Shown here: one piece after another, positions 1 through 9,538 of the stretch
How the letters are laid out: the number at the start of each line of letters is the position of its first letter
Position numbering within the stretch: position 1 is the first letter of the stretch
Origin: an uncultured Poribacteria bacterium
GTDB lineage: Bacteria > Poribacteria > WGA-4E > WGA-3G
Length of the DNA stretch: 64,000 nt
Assembly (NCBI GenBank): GCA_951813565.1
Contig: OX638351.1
Location: 3,264,001-3,328,000, forward strand
Direction: 5' to 3'
Program-made: the position numbers and the translations under genes
The notes under the pieces: model-generated
What the model was told of the DNA's origin: nothing
The model's input: only the letters and a program-made list of their open reading frames with translations
Database searches by the model: none

Positions 1-2
1 TT

Positions 3-734
3 CTTTCATTCGCGCCTGCAATCACTGCTAAACTAAAAGAAATTTTATCAGATGTAACTTCTTACGAAGTGCCTACAACCCTCTTTCCTATTCCACAAAC
101 GTCAAGTGATATTCGGTTGTTTGAGGGCTCATGCCTTGAAATTCTACCTGCCTTAGAAACAGCATCGTATGATGCGATAATGACCTCGCCCCCCTATTGC
201 AATCGCTACGATTATACTCGTACTTATGCTCTTGAATTGGCAATGTTGGGTTTAACACAAACAGAAGTTTCTAATTTACGTCAGGAAATGCTCAGTTGCA
301 CCGTAGAAAATAGAGAGAAAGATTTGTTAAAAATCTGCCCAAATTGGTCTCCGTTTATAGAAGCTGCCAATCATCAGAGATTGCTAAAGACAATAAATAC
401 TTATCTTGAAAACGAAAAAGCAGCGGGAATATTAAACAACAATAGCATTCCGAGAATGGTGCGCGGCTATTTTTCTGAAATGGCGTGTGTCATTGGAGAG
501 TGTATCCGTGTGTTAAAACCGAATGCACGCCTTTTCATGGTGAATGACAACGTTCGCTACGCAGGTGTCGGCATTTCCGTAGATATGATTTTGTCGGATA
601 TAGCAAGAACGTTGGGGTTTGAGGTTGAAAAAATTCTCGTAGTACCAGGGAAAAAAGGAAATAGCAGCCAGCAAATGGGTACGTATGGTCGCATTCCACT
701 TCGAAAATGTGTGTATGTCTGGCGAAAGAGATAA
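3..734 (+). CDS. DNA methyltransferase (N4-cytosine type) of a type II RM system, 5'-truncated by window edge
   Basis: Frame open from position 3; catalytic motif TSPPY; stop overlaps the start of the downstream endonuclease (TAATG at 732-736). Confidence 0.85.
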   Translation, partial: LSFAPAITAKLKEILSDVTSYEVPTTLFPIPQTSSDIRLFEGSCLEILPALETASYDAIMTSPPYCNRYDYTRTYALELAMLGLTQTEVSNLRQEMLSCTVENREKDLLKICPNWSPFIEAANHQRLLKTINTYLENEKAAGILNNNSIPRMVRGYFSEMACVIGECIRVLKPNARLFMVNDNVRYAGVGISVDMILSDIARTLGFEVEKILVVPGKKGNSSQQMGTYGRIPLRKCVYVWRKR

Positions 735-1681
735 TGTCATATATTCAACATTTATCTAATAATAGTGATCTCATAACTCCACCTGAAGAAATTCGCTCTG
801 GTTTTGTCGCTCTTGCATTGGAAAGAAATCGACAGGCTACTCCGTTTGTTGAACAAGCACGGGCATTGAAAGTTTTTGCATTGCGGGCCGAAACCCCTAT
901 TGATTTACTAAAAATTAATGAGATTCGACCCGCGTTACTGACAGCTGCAGGGTTTTCAGATAAGGCAGTTGGACATACAGATGAAGTCAACCAAACAAGA
1001 GCAATAGAACAATTAATAGAGAATTTTTTAGAGCCTGCTGGCATAGAGTTTGTAGAGGAATTAGTTTATCGATTTCTGTTAACACGTGGAGATTCGTTAG
1101 GCGGCTCAATGCGAAACATTGCAGGGAAGTTAGCAGAAAGAAAACTAACCCGAGCAATTATTTCTGCCCTGACTCTGACTGAAACAGCTTATCAATGGCT
1201 TAATACTGTTAGTAACACATGGATCGAGGGAAAAAGTGGTGGAGCGGATATAGAATTGAGTCTCAAAGCACTGAGTTGGAAAAGGAATGGTGAAATGCGA
1301 ACGCTGATTTACAACCGAACTATCCCATTAGTGAGTAAAAACATAGATATGTGTTTACTTCACTGTGCTTCGGACGAAATGAAGCCTGCGACTTATAGAA
1401 TTCCCGAAAAATTTATTGCTTTTGGCGAACTAAAAGGAGGAATTGACCCAGCAGGTGCTGACGAACATTGGAAAACTGCCCAAACAGCATTAACTCGTAT
1501 TAGAACAGCTTTTGCATCTGAAAACTTATCACCAGACCTCTTTTTTATTGGGGCTGTTATTGTTGACAGTATGGCACAGGAAATTTGGCGACATCTTGAG
1601 GAAGGAATGCTGAAGAACGCAGCTAACTTAACAAACGCTGATCAAGTTGCATCGTTATCTAATTGGCTTGTTAGTTTGTAG
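734..1681 (+). CDS. AvaI/BsoBI-family type II restriction endonuclease
   Basis: Motifs FLLTRGDSLGGSMRN and GELKGGIDPAGADEHWKTA; ATG at 734 translationally coupled to the MTase. Confidence 0.85.
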   Translation: MSYIQHLSNNSDLITPPEEIRSGFVALALERNRQATPFVEQARALKVFALRAETPIDLLKINEIRPALLTAAGFSDKAVGHTDEVNQTRAIEQLIENFLEPAGIEFVEELVYRFLLTRGDSLGGSMRNIAGKLAERKLTRAIISALTLTETAYQWLNTVSNTWIEGKSGGADIELSLKALSWKRNGEMRTLIYNRTIPLVSKNIDMCLLHCASDEMKPATYRIPEKFIAFGELKGGIDPAGADEHWKTAQTALTRIRTAFASENLSPDLFFIGAVIVDSMAQEIWRHLEEGMLKNAANLTNADQVASLSNWLVSL

Positions 1682-1719
1682 ATTCAGAAAACACAATTCA
1701 GTCATTAGAAGATGCGGAA

Positions 1720-2079
1720 TTATTCTATGGATTCATCTTGACTATCGGATGATTCCTGTTCCAATTGCGCAAGACGTTGATCTAATGCTTGCTGCTGCCT
1801 TCCCAATCGCACTAAGTAGAGCATAAAGACCAGCCAAATAACGAGATAGGCGGAGACAAGGTATTTGAGGCGCTTGCGTTGCTTCGTTTCCAACTCTCCT
1901 ATAGAAAGAGTGACTGCTGCTCTGACAGTATCTTCATCTCCCACAGTAACTTGAGATTCTGATATTGCTTCTTTGGTAGCTGCGTCAATCTTTTTCTGAT
2001 CCAAAGTTGGGACCTGAATCGCCAAGAACACCAAACCGACAACGATTAGAAAACTAACTATAATTACGATTCGCATCAA
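1720..2079 (-). CDS. ccmD: CcmD-like heme exporter protein D with N-terminal extension
   Basis: C-terminal YLVSAYLVIWLVFMLYLVRL...LDQRLAQLE (TM + coiled coil); directly follows ccmC with a 4-nt overlap. Confidence 0.6.
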   Translation of the reverse strand: MMRIVIIVSFLIVVGLVFLAIQVPTLDQKKIDAATKEAISESQVTVGDEDTVRAAVTLSIGELETKQRKRLKYLVSAYLVIWLVFMLYLVRLGRQQQALDQRLAQLEQESSDSQDESIE

Positions 2080-2750
2080 GATGTCTCCTCTATATGTTTC
2101 CGGCGAATCACCTCATACCGTGACTCCGTCTTTTTGATCTGATACTGCAAAATTAATAGTAGTGAAAAAAGTCCGATGAATACGAGTAACACCACAAGCC
2201 ATGTATGTAGTATGGTTGGAACTACATCGATTTTTGCCCCACGCTCTGGATGATGTTTTGATTCCCAGAATTTTGTGGCAAAATGGACAATAGGCACATC
2301 GAAAAAGGCTATAATTCCAAGCACCGCCGAATAGAGTTTTTGTTTGTCTTCAGCTAAAGCAGAACGAAGAATGAAATACCCGACATACATTAGCCAGAGA
2401 ACAAGTGTACTCGTGAGTCTTGCTTCCCAATTCCACCAAGTATTCCAAGCATATTTCGCCCAAATCGGTCCAGAAAGAAGCACAATAGTGCAAAAAACAA
2501 GACCTATTTCAGCTGCTGATACTGCCAATAAGTCATCGTTCAATTTGCGTTTAATTAGATACTTTATGCTAAATATGAAGTTCACACCAAATGCCAGATA
2601 AACAGTCATTGCAGCTGAAACGTGTAAGTAGAAAATCTTCTGCACTTCTAACATTGACTTTTCCACCGCTGCATATCCGAAAATAAGATAGAGGGCAATG
2701 AATAGTAAAATTGCAGTGGCAACCGTCAGAATTTTTACTGATTTTCCCAT
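2076..2750 (-). CDS. ccmC: Cytochrome c biogenesis heme exporter CcmC/CcsA
   Basis: Trp-rich motif GPIWAKYAWNTWWNWEARLT, conserved His (IFYLHV, HHP), multiple TM segments. Confidence 0.85.
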   Translation of the reverse strand: MGKSVKILTVATAILLFIALYLIFGYAAVEKSMLEVQKIFYLHVSAAMTVYLAFGVNFIFSIKYLIKRKLNDDLLAVSAAEIGLVFCTIVLLSGPIWAKYAWNTWWNWEARLTSTLVLWLMYVGYFILRSALAEDKQKLYSAVLGIIAFFDVPIVHFATKFWESKHHPERGAKIDVVPTILHTWLVVLLVFIGLFSLLLILQYQIKKTESRYEVIRRKHIEETS

Positions 2751-3523
2751 ATTGGACTCCCCGTTAGAATTTCAGGTCCATCTGAAAGAACAGCCACCGT
2801 ATGCTCAAAGAGGGCAGACAAACTTCCATCTGACGTAACAATACTCCACCCATCTTCCAAGGCATCCACACCAGGGTGTCCTGCGTTGACCATTGCTTCA
2901 ATGGCAAGCACCATCCCTGGTCGTAAACGGACACCACGACCCGGTTTGCCAGTAGTGGGGATTTGTGGTTCTTCATGCAGGTTTCGACCAATACCGTGTC
3001 CAGAAAAATTCTGAATGACGGAGAATCCTGCCTTTTCAGCAACATTTTGGAGTTGAAAAGAGACATCGCCTATACGGTTCCCCGGTTTTGCTTCTGATAT
3101 TGCAGCGTACAGCGAGGCTTTCGTCGCATCCAGTAAGCTTTGTGCTTCGGTAGATATTTTTCCTACTGGAAACGTGAAGGCGTTATCGCCATGAAAACCA
3201 TCAATACTCACAGCGGTGTCTACACCGATAATATCACCCTCTATGAGTTCCTCTGATTTATCTGGGATACCGTGAATGACTTTGTTATTAACAGAGACAC
3301 AGATTGTGGCGGGATAAGGACTGTGTTCCGGAATTACGTAGTTCAAAAATGATGAGGTGGCATTTAGATTAGCAATCGCTTTGCGGGATACCATTTCCAA
3401 TTCGTAAGTCGTTACGCCTGGCTCAATGGCATCTGCAATCGCTTGCAATACCTTTGCTGCGGCTTGTCCACTCCGTTTCATTTTCTCAATTTCTATTCTG
3501 TTCTTAATTCTAATTTTTTGCAT
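2735..3523 (-). CDS. map: Type I methionine aminopeptidase
   Basis: CVSVNNKVIHGIP, GFHGD, GHGIGRNLHEEP, AIEAMV, FEHTV motifs. Confidence 0.93.
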   Translation of the reverse strand: MQKIRIKNRIEIEKMKRSGQAAAKVLQAIADAIEPGVTTYELEMVSRKAIANLNATSSFLNYVIPEHSPYPATICVSVNNKVIHGIPDKSEELIEGDIIGVDTAVSIDGFHGDNAFTFPVGKISTEAQSLLDATKASLYAAISEAKPGNRIGDVSFQLQNVAEKAGFSVIQNFSGHGIGRNLHEEPQIPTTGKPGRGVRLRPGMVLAIEAMVNAGHPGVDALEDGWSIVTSDGSLSALFEHTVAVLSDGPEILTGSPIWENQ

Positions 3524-3617
3524 ATTTACAAGAGATTGGTTTTCGGGAAAACAAATGTATGACTTATAAACCTGATAATGCTTTGCAGAAAACCAATGTT
3601 ATTAAGTGAAAACTTTG

Positions 3618-5018
3618 TTATCCAGCAATTTCGCCTATCAACGTATGAGCAGTAGTAGATTGGATTTCCACATTCACAATTTCACCGACCTGAGCATTTT
3701 CTTTTGGAAAAACTGCCGTTTTGAATGTGTCCGTTTTACCGTGATATTGTTCTGCGTCGCGTCGACTATCTCCCTCAACTAAAACAGAAGCAGTAGTTCC
3801 AATCGCATCTTGATTGATCTCAGCAGATATTTTCTCTTGCAACTTTATTATCTCATTGAGTCGTCTGGCCTTTTCAGACTCAGGCACGCCGTCCTCTAAC
3901 GACTTATTTGCTAAAGTTCCCTCTCTATCAGAATACTTAAACATAAACGCTGAATCGAATCGGATATCTGCCATTAGTTGATAGGTTTGCATAAAATCTT
4001 CTTCGGTTTCGCCACAAAAACCGACAATAATATCCGTTGAAAGCGCAATTTGAGGGATACGGTCCCTGAGTTTTGAAACCAGTTCACGATATTCTTCTGC
4101 TGTATAAGTGCGCCGCATCCGTTCTAATACATGTGTTGACCCAGATTGCAACGGAAGATGAAGTTGTTTACATACCTGCGGGCAATTTTCTATCGCATCA
4201 ATCATGCTATCGGTTGCATCTGCAGGGTGAGGTGAGGTGAATCGCACCCGTTCAACACCATCAACTTCAGCAATAGACCACAAGAGTTCTCCAAAATCAT
4301 GTTTACCATCGTGATAAGAGTTGACTGTCTGTCCCAAGAGGACGATTTCTTTAAAACCTTCATCAACAAGTCTTTTGACATCATCTGTAAGGGATTTCAG
4401 TGGTATACTCCGTTCTCTACCCCGGACAAACGGGACAATACAGAAGGTACACATTTTATTGCATCCACGCTGAATAGTGAGCCATGCCCGAATTCCTTCT
4501 TTACGAATAGGTGCAATATCTGCGTAGTCCTCACTTTTATCCAACTGTAAACCGAGAAAAGGATCGCCGCTTGCTACAGCATTGAGTGCCATCGGTAAAT
4601 TCCGATAGGCATCGGGCCCCATAACAAGATCAACATACGGGGCTGCTTTCAAAAGTTTGTCGCGTAGGTGTTGTGCCATACATCCACAAACCCCGATAAT
4701 CAGATTTCCTTCTCGCCGCTTCCGATGATTCAAATGTTCAAGCCGATTGATAACTTTAGTTTCAGCGTTCTCCCGTATGGCACAAGTATTGAGTAAAATC
4801 ACATCCGCATCATCAATGTGGGAAACAGTCCGATGTCCTGATTGCGTCAAGATGCCTGCCATCAGTTCGCTATCACTGACGTTCATCTGACATCCATAGG
4901 TTTCAATATAGATATTACGCGCAGATTGTCCATCGACATCAGTGGGACGAACACTCATTTCAGATTGAAGTAATGGGGGTTGGGAATTATAGATTGGGAG
5001 AGAGGATTTATCTTTCAT
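3618..5018 (-). CDS. miaB: tRNA-2-methylthio-N6-dimethylallyladenosine synthase MiaB
   Basis: ETYGCQMNVSDSE, radical-SAM GCNKMCTFCIVP, C-terminal TRAM domain. Confidence 0.93.
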   Translation of the reverse strand: MKDKSSLPIYNSQPPLLQSEMSVRPTDVDGQSARNIYIETYGCQMNVSDSELMAGILTQSGHRTVSHIDDADVILLNTCAIRENAETKVINRLEHLNHRKRREGNLIIGVCGCMAQHLRDKLLKAAPYVDLVMGPDAYRNLPMALNAVASGDPFLGLQLDKSEDYADIAPIRKEGIRAWLTIQRGCNKMCTFCIVPFVRGRERSIPLKSLTDDVKRLVDEGFKEIVLLGQTVNSYHDGKHDFGELLWSIAEVDGVERVRFTSPHPADATDSMIDAIENCPQVCKQLHLPLQSGSTHVLERMRRTYTAEEYRELVSKLRDRIPQIALSTDIIVGFCGETEEDFMQTYQLMADIRFDSAFMFKYSDREGTLANKSLEDGVPESEKARRLNEIIKLQEKISAEINQDAIGTTASVLVEGDSRRDAEQYHGKTDTFKTAVFPKENAQVGEIVNVEIQSTTAHTLIGEIAG

Positions 5019-5056
5019 GAATCTTCAGCGTATCGGCAGGTTAGTTTTCATAAAAC

Positions 5057-5863
5057 CTAACCGTTTTTACAATTAATATATTTTTCGTAATAATTCCACA
5101 CGTCAAAGGTAAACAGGTCTCCGAGATAGATGAGTAAGCGATAGTTTAATTCTCGATTTTCGTTAACATTTAAAGTAAAGGGTGTTGTGTTAGCGAATAA
5201 AAATCCTTTGTATGCATCCTCAGCAAGAAAGATTGTTTGTCCGTTTGCAGGGTGTGGCAGGATTGCCACACCAATAGCAGCATTGCTATTAATACCACAC
5301 AACGTTGCCCACTCTGATTCCTGTTCGTTTACTTCAGATTCGCCAATTTTTCCACTTGCGTTTGCTGCTTTTCTATGCTCCATTTCAATAGCATAGTAAC
5401 CTAACCCAATTTCACCTTCAAACGTTATAAGGTTAGAAGATGCGTGTAAAACGACTGACAAGTCAAGTATCCGAACTTCATCTTGGAGTGGATAGATTGT
5501 AACTTTACATGTTTCTGTCAACACAGTGTTAGAAACTTTCCAAGTTGTTTTGCAAACAAAATTGGCAGATTCTTCAGTTGCGGAAGATTTAAACTTTTCC
5601 CGATTAAATGTTGGATGACTCGGCCGAAATTCAATAGGCTTTCCACTATCATCGTTCACTGTGCCAAGTGTGAAACAGATACCCGGTGGATGTCGTTGTT
5701 CAGTTTCCGTCATTCCCTCCGTTACTACCTCTCCATTCGGGGCATAGATCGGATGAAAATGTGGATGTGATACCGCCTCTCCATAGGAGAAGGTGAGTAC
5801 TGGCTCTCCCTCTTCTGTTATGGATACCTCTTTTCCGGACATTTCGTCCAACATAAATTTCAT
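5057..5863 (-). CDS. DUF6807/'PmoA-family' putative carbohydrate-binding beta-sandwich protein
   Basis: HPHFHPIYAPNGEVVT, HPPGICF and GVAILPHPAN resemble DUF6807-type proteins. Confidence 0.5.
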   Translation of the reverse strand: MKFMLDEMSGKEVSITEEGEPVLTFSYGEAVSHPHFHPIYAPNGEVVTEGMTETEQRHPPGICFTLGTVNDDSGKPIEFRPSHPTFNREKFKSSATEESANFVCKTTWKVSNTVLTETCKVTIYPLQDEVRILDLSVVLHASSNLITFEGEIGLGYYAIEMEHRKAANASGKIGESEVNEQESEWATLCGINSNAAIGVAILPHPANGQTIFLAEDAYKGFLFANTTPFTLNVNENRELNYRLLIYLGDLFTFDVWNYYEKYINCKNG

Positions 5864-6030
5864 GTGCTAAATTATACCATGCATGCCCTATAAATGCAAA
5901 CGTAATTCAGATTGGTTTGTTTTCTGTTGCCATAATAAGGTATACTTTAAAACCAAATTTTTGATTTCGAGATCGTTCAAAAACTATTATACGAAGGTTG
6001 AGTAACAGTATCTAAAAATCTACATTTTTC

Positions 6031-6059
6031 TTGACATTCCTTGATATTTATGTGATACT
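6031..6059 (+). promoter_or_regulatory. sigma70-type promoter for tnpA (probably leaderless mRNA)
   Basis: TTGACA 6031-6036, 17-nt spacer, GATACT 6054-6059; ATG at 6066 lies 7 nt downstream. Confidence 0.6.
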
Positions 6060-6065
6060 ATATAC

Positions 6066-6653
6066 ATGACTTATGTATCAGCGCGCAAAGCAAGTGAGCT
6101 GCTGGATTATACACCTGACCATTTACGGAGGTTGGCAAATGAAGGAAAGATTGATATTATCCGCACAGGAGGCGGACACAGACGCTATGATGTTGACGGA
6201 TACATCAAAAGCAAATCCAAATCAATTGCAACTGTTTGCTACAGCAGAGTATCCAGCACAAAGCAAAGAGACGACCTTGAACGACAAGTTGAATATATGC
6301 GAAGTATCTACCCCGCCGCAGAAGTTATCCGAGACATCGGAAGCGGTATCAACTTCAAAAGAAAAGGGCTTAGAACCTTATTGGAACGGCTTATGCAAGG
6401 TGATAAGCTCCAAGTTGTTATTGCCCATCGGGATAGATTCGCCCGGTTCGGTATCGACCTTATACAATACCTCATTGAACAAAACGGTGGCGAACTCGTG
6501 GTTTTGGACCAAACAGAACACAGTCCGCAAGAGGAACTCACGCAGGATCTTCTCGCAATCCTGCATGTCTTCAGTTGCCGGATGCACGGGCTCAGAAGTT
6601 ACCGTGACAAAATCAAAGAAGATAAGAGTTTATCCGACAACAAAACAACGTGA
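6066..6653 (+). CDS. tnpA: IS607 serine recombinase/transposase TnpA
   Basis: N-terminal MerR-like HTH (RTGGGHRRY); YSRVSSTKQRDDLERQ, DIGSGINFKRKGL, HRDRFARFG. Confidence 0.92.
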   Translation: MTYVSARKASELLDYTPDHLRRLANEGKIDIIRTGGGHRRYDVDGYIKSKSKSIATVCYSRVSSTKQRDDLERQVEYMRSIYPAAEVIRDIGSGINFKRKGLRTLLERLMQGDKLQVVIAHRDRFARFGIDLIQYLIEQNGGELVVLDQTEHSPQEELTQDLLAILHVFSCRMHGLRSYRDKIKEDKSLSDNKTT

Positions 6654-7722
6654 AACACTTCGGCAGTGGTTTGGCACAGCACGTTTCACTTACAATAAAA
6701 CCGTTGCTTTGTTAAACGAAACAGACATAAAAGCGAATTGGAAAGCGATAAAAACAGACATGCTCCACGATCTACCTGATTGGAGCAAAGAAACTCCGTA
6801 TCAGATAAAGTCTATTGCTATCCGAGATGCTTGTATTGCTGTCCGAGAAGCAAAGCAAAAATGTAAGAAAACAGGTGTGTTTCAATCTGTTTCTTTCAAA
6901 TCTAAGCGAAATCCATCAGATAGTATTTTCATGCCGAAGTCTGCCATAAAAAAACAAGGTGTTTACCACACCTTGCTGGGACACCTCAAAATGTCGGAGA
7001 CGCTGCCTGAGAATATCTGTGACTCACGCCTCGTGAAAGAGAATGATAAATACTATCTCTGTGTTTCCTATACTGTGACAACTCCGAAGCGAAAGCCAAA
7101 CGGAAGTGTTGTTGCTTTAGACCCAGGCGTGAGAACATTCCTCACATATTTTCATGAGCGTGGTTTCGGATGGCTTGGACACCATGCTATTAATCGGATT
7201 CAAAGACTTTGTTCACACCTTGATAATCTTTTATCCCGTGCAACTAAAGCAACTCAACAATCACGCAAGAATATGAGACGTGCTGCGAATAGAATACGTA
7301 AACGTATCAGAAATCTTGTAGATGAATTGCACCATAAAGTCGCGCGATACCTTGTAGATACCTTTGATATTATCTTACTCCCCACCTTTGAGACTTCAGA
7401 TATGGTGATGCGTGGAAAACGCAAACTACACAAGAAGTCTGCCCGACAAATGTTGACACTGTCGCACTACAGATTCAAACAGTTTCTAAAGCACAAAGCG
7501 AAAGAGACTGGATGTATCGTCCTTGATGTCTGTGAAGCATACACATCAAAAACAGTGTCGTGGAATGGTGAGATTAGAAAATCACTCGGTGGACGAAAGA
7601 TAATCAAAGATAGCACAGGACTCAAGATGGACAGAGACTTGAATGGCGCACGCGGGATATTCCTGCGTGCTTTGGTAGATGAACCCTGGTTACTATCTAT
7701 GAGTAACTTGCAAACCGTATAA
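6604..7722 (+). CDS. tnpB: IS607 TnpB RNA-guided endonuclease, rearranged-RuvC type; start uncertain (frame open from 6073)
   Basis: KSKKIRVYPT N-terminus; RuvC-I ALDPGVRTF; LLPTFE with P at the usual Glu; CEAYTSKT; RuvC-III DRDLNGARGI. Confidence 0.85.
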   Translation: MTKSKKIRVYPTTKQRETLRQWFGTARFTYNKTVALLNETDIKANWKAIKTDMLHDLPDWSKETPYQIKSIAIRDACIAVREAKQKCKKTGVFQSVSFKSKRNPSDSIFMPKSAIKKQGVYHTLLGHLKMSETLPENICDSRLVKENDKYYLCVSYTVTTPKRKPNGSVVALDPGVRTFLTYFHERGFGWLGHHAINRIQRLCSHLDNLLSRATKATQQSRKNMRRAANRIRKRIRNLVDELHHKVARYLVDTFDIILLPTFETSDMVMRGKRKLHKKSARQMLTLSHYRFKQFLKHKAKETGCIVLDVCEAYTSKTVSWNGEIRKSLGGRKIIKDSTGLKMDRDLNGARGIFLRALVDEPWLLSMSNLQTV

Positions 7723-7790
7723 GATGTGAAATGCCCAGCATTGCACGGATATATATAGGTTAATATCATCGGGAATAAGACATGACACCT
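7640..7790 (+). ncRNA. Predicted omegaRNA (right-end scaffold plus flanking guide); boundaries approximate
   Basis: Inferred only from established TnpB biology (scaffold from the tnpB 3' end and right end, guide from the flank); no fold was computed. Confidence 0.3.
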
Positions 7791-8480
7791 ATTATTGGTA
7801 TTCCTGCGGTAGATTCTGCAGCAAAGTATAAGTTTGAGAACTATAAAAACGCAATTGAGCAGCACGGAGGAGTCGTTCGCTTTTTGGTCCGAGGCGAACA
7901 ATCTATTGAAGAATTTGTCGCAGGTATTGATGGGCTTTTACTACCGGGGGGTGGTGACCTTGATCCAAAAAATTTCAATCAAGAATGGCATCCTACACTA
8001 AAGTATGTTAACGAGGATCGCGATGAATTAGAGTTGTCAATATTCAAACAGGCGATTGAAAAGGATACTCCTACTATAGGGATTTGTTTTGGTATCCAGA
8101 TCATGAATGTTGCAATGGGCGGGGACATATATCAAGATATAGAGTCTGAATACCCGCAGCAAGCACTCACGCATCCTAAGGTAGGTGGTGAGGATTCCCT
8201 GCATGAAATTGAGATTGAACCCGGCAGTCTGTTAAGCAAACTTGTAGGCAAAAGTAAAGACTTCGTCAATTCAGCGCACCATCAAGCAGTAGACGAAATT
8301 GGCGAAGGGTTTGTTGTAACAGCTCGTTCAAAAGATGGTATCGTTGAGGCTATTGAAAATCCATCAAAGCGATTTGTGATAGGTGTGCAATACCATCCAG
8401 AACGAATGCTTGAAACCAGCGAATTCCGTGAACACAGACGCAAACTATTTGAGGCATTTATTAAGGCTGCGGCTGAATAA
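7782..8480 (+). CDS. Peptidase C26 / gamma-glutamyl-GABA hydrolase (PuuD-like glutamine amidotransferase)
   Basis: GLLLPGGGD, GICFGIQ (nucleophile Cys), NSAHHQAV, GVQYHPE. Confidence 0.88.
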   Translation: MTPIIGIPAVDSAAKYKFENYKNAIEQHGGVVRFLVRGEQSIEEFVAGIDGLLLPGGGDLDPKNFNQEWHPTLKYVNEDRDELELSIFKQAIEKDTPTIGICFGIQIMNVAMGGDIYQDIESEYPQQALTHPKVGGEDSLHEIEIEPGSLLSKLVGKSKDFVNSAHHQAVDEIGEGFVVTARSKDGIVEAIENPSKRFVIGVQYHPERMLETSEFREHRRKLFEAFIKAAAE

Positions 8481-8486
8481 TACTGC

Positions 8487-9416
8487 CTAAAAATTCGCAA
8501 TCAAAGAAAATCGGTGTGTTAGCCCCAAATCTCCGAACGGTATAAGTGCGTAATCAATTTGGAATCTTCGGAGAGTCAGTCCAAAACCGCCTCTAAGCCC
8601 TGAAGTTGCACCTAAATCGTTTCCACCAAGTTTATATATATAACCTGTTCGTAGTTGCATAACGTTAGCTACCGTATAAGCGCCACCTATACCTATGGAA
8701 TTATCGTTGTCCGTGGGACGAATGAAATCCATCGTTAGGATGACAGCATCGTTCCAAAGTCTATACGCTGTCCCTATTCTTAAAGTGAAAGGAAGTTCAA
8801 ACGCATCTTCAACGTACTGTACTCGCGGTCCAATGTGTTGCGCGTTGAAACCGAGTGAAAGTGGAACGTTTGCAAAAGCGTATAACCCTCCAAGATCGAA
8901 TGCGATACCGCTCCCGCTTTCGTCTGCGATCTGTTCCCGTAAGAATTTTGCGTTTGCACCAAAAGCTAACGTTTTACCGATACTACGTGCATAAGAGAGA
9001 ACTACTGCAAAATCATAAGGTCGGAAAAGCGTTGTTTCATTCCCTTCTTGATCGCGTCCTTGTAATTCACCGAAGGATAAGAAATTTGCACTTGCACCAA
9101 CAGTATTATTTCCAATCGGAAGGGCAAACCCCACAAACTCGTGATTAATTCCTGCAAACCATTCGTTATGCATAAGTGCAAGTTGCGGTTTTTGTAGTCT
9201 TGTGAGACCAGCAGGATTCCAATATGATGCATAAAGATCGTCTGTTGCAGCGACTTGCGACTCTCCCATTCCCATTGCCTTCGCACCGACGCCTATTTTG
9301 AGGAATGTCATTGCACGAGTTCCTGCGTTCTCGTGGATGTCTGTGCTATCAGCCGCAACGGGTATACACGTGAAGATGGAAGTTATGATCAGAATACAAG
9401 TAAAGATGTAATTCAT
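8487..9416 (-). CDS. PorV/PorQ-like (UPF0164) outer-membrane beta-barrel
   Basis: Signal peptide; FLKIGVGAKAMGMG, YWNPAGL; C-terminal DYA...LGLTHRFSLIANF. Confidence 0.75.
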   Translation of the reverse strand: MNYIFTCILIITSIFTCIPVAADSTDIHENAGTRAMTFLKIGVGAKAMGMGESQVAATDDLYASYWNPAGLTRLQKPQLALMHNEWFAGINHEFVGFALPIGNNTVGASANFLSFGELQGRDQEGNETTLFRPYDFAVVLSYARSIGKTLAFGANAKFLREQIADESGSGIAFDLGGLYAFANVPLSLGFNAQHIGPRVQYVEDAFELPFTLRIGTAYRLWNDAVILTMDFIRPTDNDNSIGIGGAYTVANVMQLRTGYIYKLGGNDLGATSGLRGGFGLTLRRFQIDYALIPFGDLGLTHRFSLIANF

Positions 9417-9538
9417 AAGATGTTTTACTCAGGCAAACCATCACCAATGTTCTTAATGTTTGTGGTTTTTTCCTAAATTTATATTCAAATATTATATCAC
9501 GTGGCTATGTTGAAGTCAACTTCCATTTATTCAAGTTA

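Larger units (their letters stand above)
5998..7772 (+). mobile_element. IS607-family insertion sequence (tnpA + tnpB)
   Basis: Serine-recombinase tnpA followed by tnpB. Ends inferred from GG dinucleotides at 5996-5997 and 7771-7772 (IS607 inserts at GG without TSD); removal restores an SD-like GAAGGGA ahead of the ATG at 7782. Confidence 0.75.

Noticed and set aside
5057..5863. Methane monooxygenase subunit implied by the 'PmoA family' label
   Set aside because: Soluble protein without TM helices and no pmoB/pmoC nearby; the label is a family name only.
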